From Macrostomum lignano (lineage: Eukaryota): a DNA stretch of 64,000 nucleotides. Every line of letters begins with the position of its first letter. The stretch's first letter is position 1. Shown in pieces: positions 61,295 through 64,000 of this stretch. The notes beneath the pieces are model-generated. The model was not told the DNA's origin, made no database searches, and saw nothing but the letters and a program-made list of their open reading frames with translations. The stretch lies in assembly GCA_002269645.1 (NCBI GenBank), contig NIVC01000438.1, positions 159,972 to 223,971 on the forward strand, given 5' to 3'. The position numbers and the translations under genes were made by a program.

Positions 61295-62951
61295 ATGCAG
61301 CAAGTTAAAGTAGCTCCGAAACAGACCACGACTCACGGATTGAGTCGTACTATAAGTAAAAAGCCTCTGTACGTGAGGCTTTCCTGGCTACTTCTTTATT
61401 TCGCATCCTTGGGTCTGTTCTTAAAAGGCTTCGCAGATTTCGTTATCAAGTTGAATAGCGGTCAGGTGACCAGCTCGTTGGGCACCAACGCTGTACTGTT
61501 CAAGTACCCCGATATATATGCCTGCTTTGAGATCGCCGTATCTGCCAGTTATGCGGCGATAAACGATACTGTGTCCGAAATCAACTGTCAGCTGTTTCTC
61601 ACATCCGAGGTGTTTTCTCGTATCATCCTGGCCGCGAATATCAGCTCGGACCCGATGGAGGTCGAGCGCTGGTGCACCTTCGCATACATCCAGTCGCTCC
61701 AGTACCGGCTGCTTGTGGACGCATTCGCGCACAGGCTTGAGCAGTCACTGATTGCGTCGGATGTTTCCTACGTTTCCAATTACGGCTTGCCTACTTCTGA
61801 TCCCGTGACAGCAAGCCAGTTCCACCATCCTGTGTTTCTCCGCCGTTTGCGATGGGTCCTGAATGATTTTATCAGTTGATCAAAGTCAACCTGTCTAAAA
61901 GTGGCCCATCCGGCGGACTCACCGTCACGCTACTGACGGACGAAAATTTTTCTCGGCCTCGCCATCTGGTCCGCCAATTCTAGCCAAGGTGTTCGCCGGT
62001 GGAGCACCCATCCCCGTCTCGGATTGGTCTTTGTCGCGAATGGATTTCGACGACCCGGATCGTAGGGCTGGAGTTCGAATCTATCTGTGCCCACTGGGCG
62101 AGTGCCCGACCGAATTCGTGACGTCATTCTCGCTTGGTCCAGGTCGATATCACACTGTGGAGATTGGCATGACCGAGCAGCTGTACAGTCCATCGAGTTT
62201 CGATTTGTAGTTTGTGAATCCGTACTCGCAAGAACCCTACAACCACAGCTACAGCTACTCCTACTGCTACTACCTGGAGTATCACAAGCAGTATCAGGCA
62301 CTCATGAACCTCAGCGGGGACGCCGGTCCACTGCCCTGGCCAGTTAGAGGTCGGCGCTACTTGTTCAACCTTTCCGGCGATGAGAGCAACTTTTTGCAAC
62401 AGGTTGGCGATTTAGCGGCAGATCGCTTAACCGACAATGACCATCTGTCTCGGGTCAGCGAATTGGCTCAAGCGCAATGCAGCAAGCTGGCCCCGTGCAG
62501 AATCATCAACTACGATCCGATCATTTCCAACTCGGACTGGCCAACTTACAGCTCTATCGAGCCATTCGTTGCTAGCACAATCGATCAGGCTTTGAACGAC
62601 GCTCGATCTCAAAACTTGAGTAAACCCACTCTAAGCTACCTGGCGGGTGCCAATTTAAGCACTGCAGGAGCCTTCATCAACGCCAATCTGCTCAAGGTGA
62701 CCTTCAGACCGCATCGGCAGAATTGCAATCGGGTGACTCTGTCAATCGACTATGGCTTCGCTAATTTCTTTTCTGATGTAGGCGGAATAATGGGCCTCTA
62801 CTAAGGAATGTCTTTACTGACATTCTGCGAGCTTTTCGAACTGATGCACGACTTATTGGAGGCAGCGATCAAGAGAAGGAGGCGTCTCACCGCGTCCGAG
62901 GAAAGCCGCACCGACATACCGGTGGAAGAATCTGTTACTACGAAGATTTAG
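61295..62951 (+). pseudogene. Intronless DEG/ENaC paralog copy B with frameshifts (~61873, ~61948), a ~27-nt deletion plus TAG (62208) and TAA in TM2 (62802)
   Basis: Colinear with copy A (MQQVK..THGL..KKPLYVRL; VSDWSLSRMDFDDPDRRAGVR; FVNPYSQEPYNH.YSYSYC; SDVGGIMGLY*GMSLLT) across all four intron positions without intervening sequence. Confidence 0.85.
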
Positions 62952-63633
62952 ATTGCTTGACTTATTGTAGAAACTTTGGAAAAACTGGGGTAAACACTAC
63001 TATTTATACGATAAGACGCTAAGTAGTCAGCATCGTTGCGCATTTGTTAAAAATACTAACAGCTGTATAGCCTTCCCAACAACTAGGCGCTTCACGCGAT
63101 ACTACAGATCAATTTTAGCGCTGCGAGCGAATAATGACTAGCAAAAAATGACTGGCAGTATGTGCTCTTCAACGCAGCAGTCTTGGCTAAGTTTGGTTAT
63201 AAACTTGTATTGATTTGCAGCATAAAGTATTATGGAAAATTGAAATAAGTTGGTAACTTCTCGTATAGTCTCATAGTTGCATAAATGCGTTATTGACAGC
63301 AACGCAAGTGCTGTATAGTTAGCTTGAAACTTTAACTCCCTGCTCTCAATAAGCAACTGAGAACAGAAATGGACTGACAAATTAATCGCAAGATAAAAAT
63401 TTCTAATTGATTTTTCATCATTAGTACAATCGATGGATGATGATTACAGGGCGCAAAACATTTCTCAGTAGTATGCAAAACTAATCAGGTTCCAGTCGGT
63501 GTAAAGTCGCTTTCAATATTTTTTTTTGCGAGGCAATCAAGAGAGACAGTTGTCACACAGCTAATGGAAGATTAGTATGCAACTGCCGGGCACAGTGAGA
63601 GCTGTGTTGACCTCGGACTAAAAGTAACCTGCA

Positions 63634-63850
63634 GGCTTCGAAAAACTTTTACTACATGCCCACAACATTTTTCGCCAGAATTCCGTCGAAGGAATTCCGC
63701 AGCATAACGAGGTCAAGCAGAAGTTTACAGCAAGAAAAAAACTTTTTGGTCCGGCGGAATATTCTAAGAAAACTCACTCAGCACATGCTTCATCGGATGT
63801 GCAGAAAAAGAAAGTCGAATTATTGCTCAGCGAGCTGAGGCTACTGACTA
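63634..63850 (+). other. Possible internal exon of an unidentified gene at the window end (..FEKLLLHAHNIFRQ..KKKVELLLSELRLLTK)
   Basis: CTGCAG acceptor followed by a long open frame; no phase-matched neighbouring exon found. Confidence 0.25.
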
Positions 63851-64000
63851 AGTGTAGAAAAGTTTTTTGCTCACAAGGGGCATGGGCGTACGGTTCTGGG
63901 AGATCGGCAACCGTCATAATTCGATTGATTATATGCGAGAACGAAAAAAATTATTACTTGCCTTCTCGTTCGTTTGATTCAGGCTAAGGAGAAGGCCAGG

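Noticed and set aside
62800-62810. Programmed stop-codon readthrough in DEG/ENaC copy B
   Set aside because: UAA-G is not a leaky context, and the gene has upstream frameshifts and another stop.

Overview
Eukaryotic (metazoan) genomic DNA with GT-AG introns; no database search was run, so all homology calls are from motif recall. Gene content, GACA microsatellites and minisatellite-filled introns suggest a flatworm such as Macrostomum (inference). Genes assembled by hand with phase-matched splice sites: Claspin (+, 5 exons), a 2-exon orphan (+), a coiled-coil/degenerate-RRM/OCRE gene (-), ANKRD40 (-), a RING-B-box-coiled-coil-NHL (TRIM-like) gene (+), a CG-1-like DNA-binding-domain gene (-) absent from the ORF track as a unit, NOC3L (+), a C11orf98-like gene (+), and a head-to-head pair of damaged DEG/ENaC channel genes (one with introns, one intronless). 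Most larger introns and several spacers carry their own private tandem array (16-42 bp units); most long ORFs in the track are artefacts of these arrays. The 5.8-kb first intron of the CG-1-like gene is a nested transposon graveyard (Ty3/gypsy, Tc1, hAT, MITE). Strongest hidden signal: sharply bounded CpG-depleted, TpA/TAGGCCTA-rich domains in which old transposons appear to show CG->TG/CA and also CG->TA double changes, a RIP-like footprint, next to CpG-rich intact genes.
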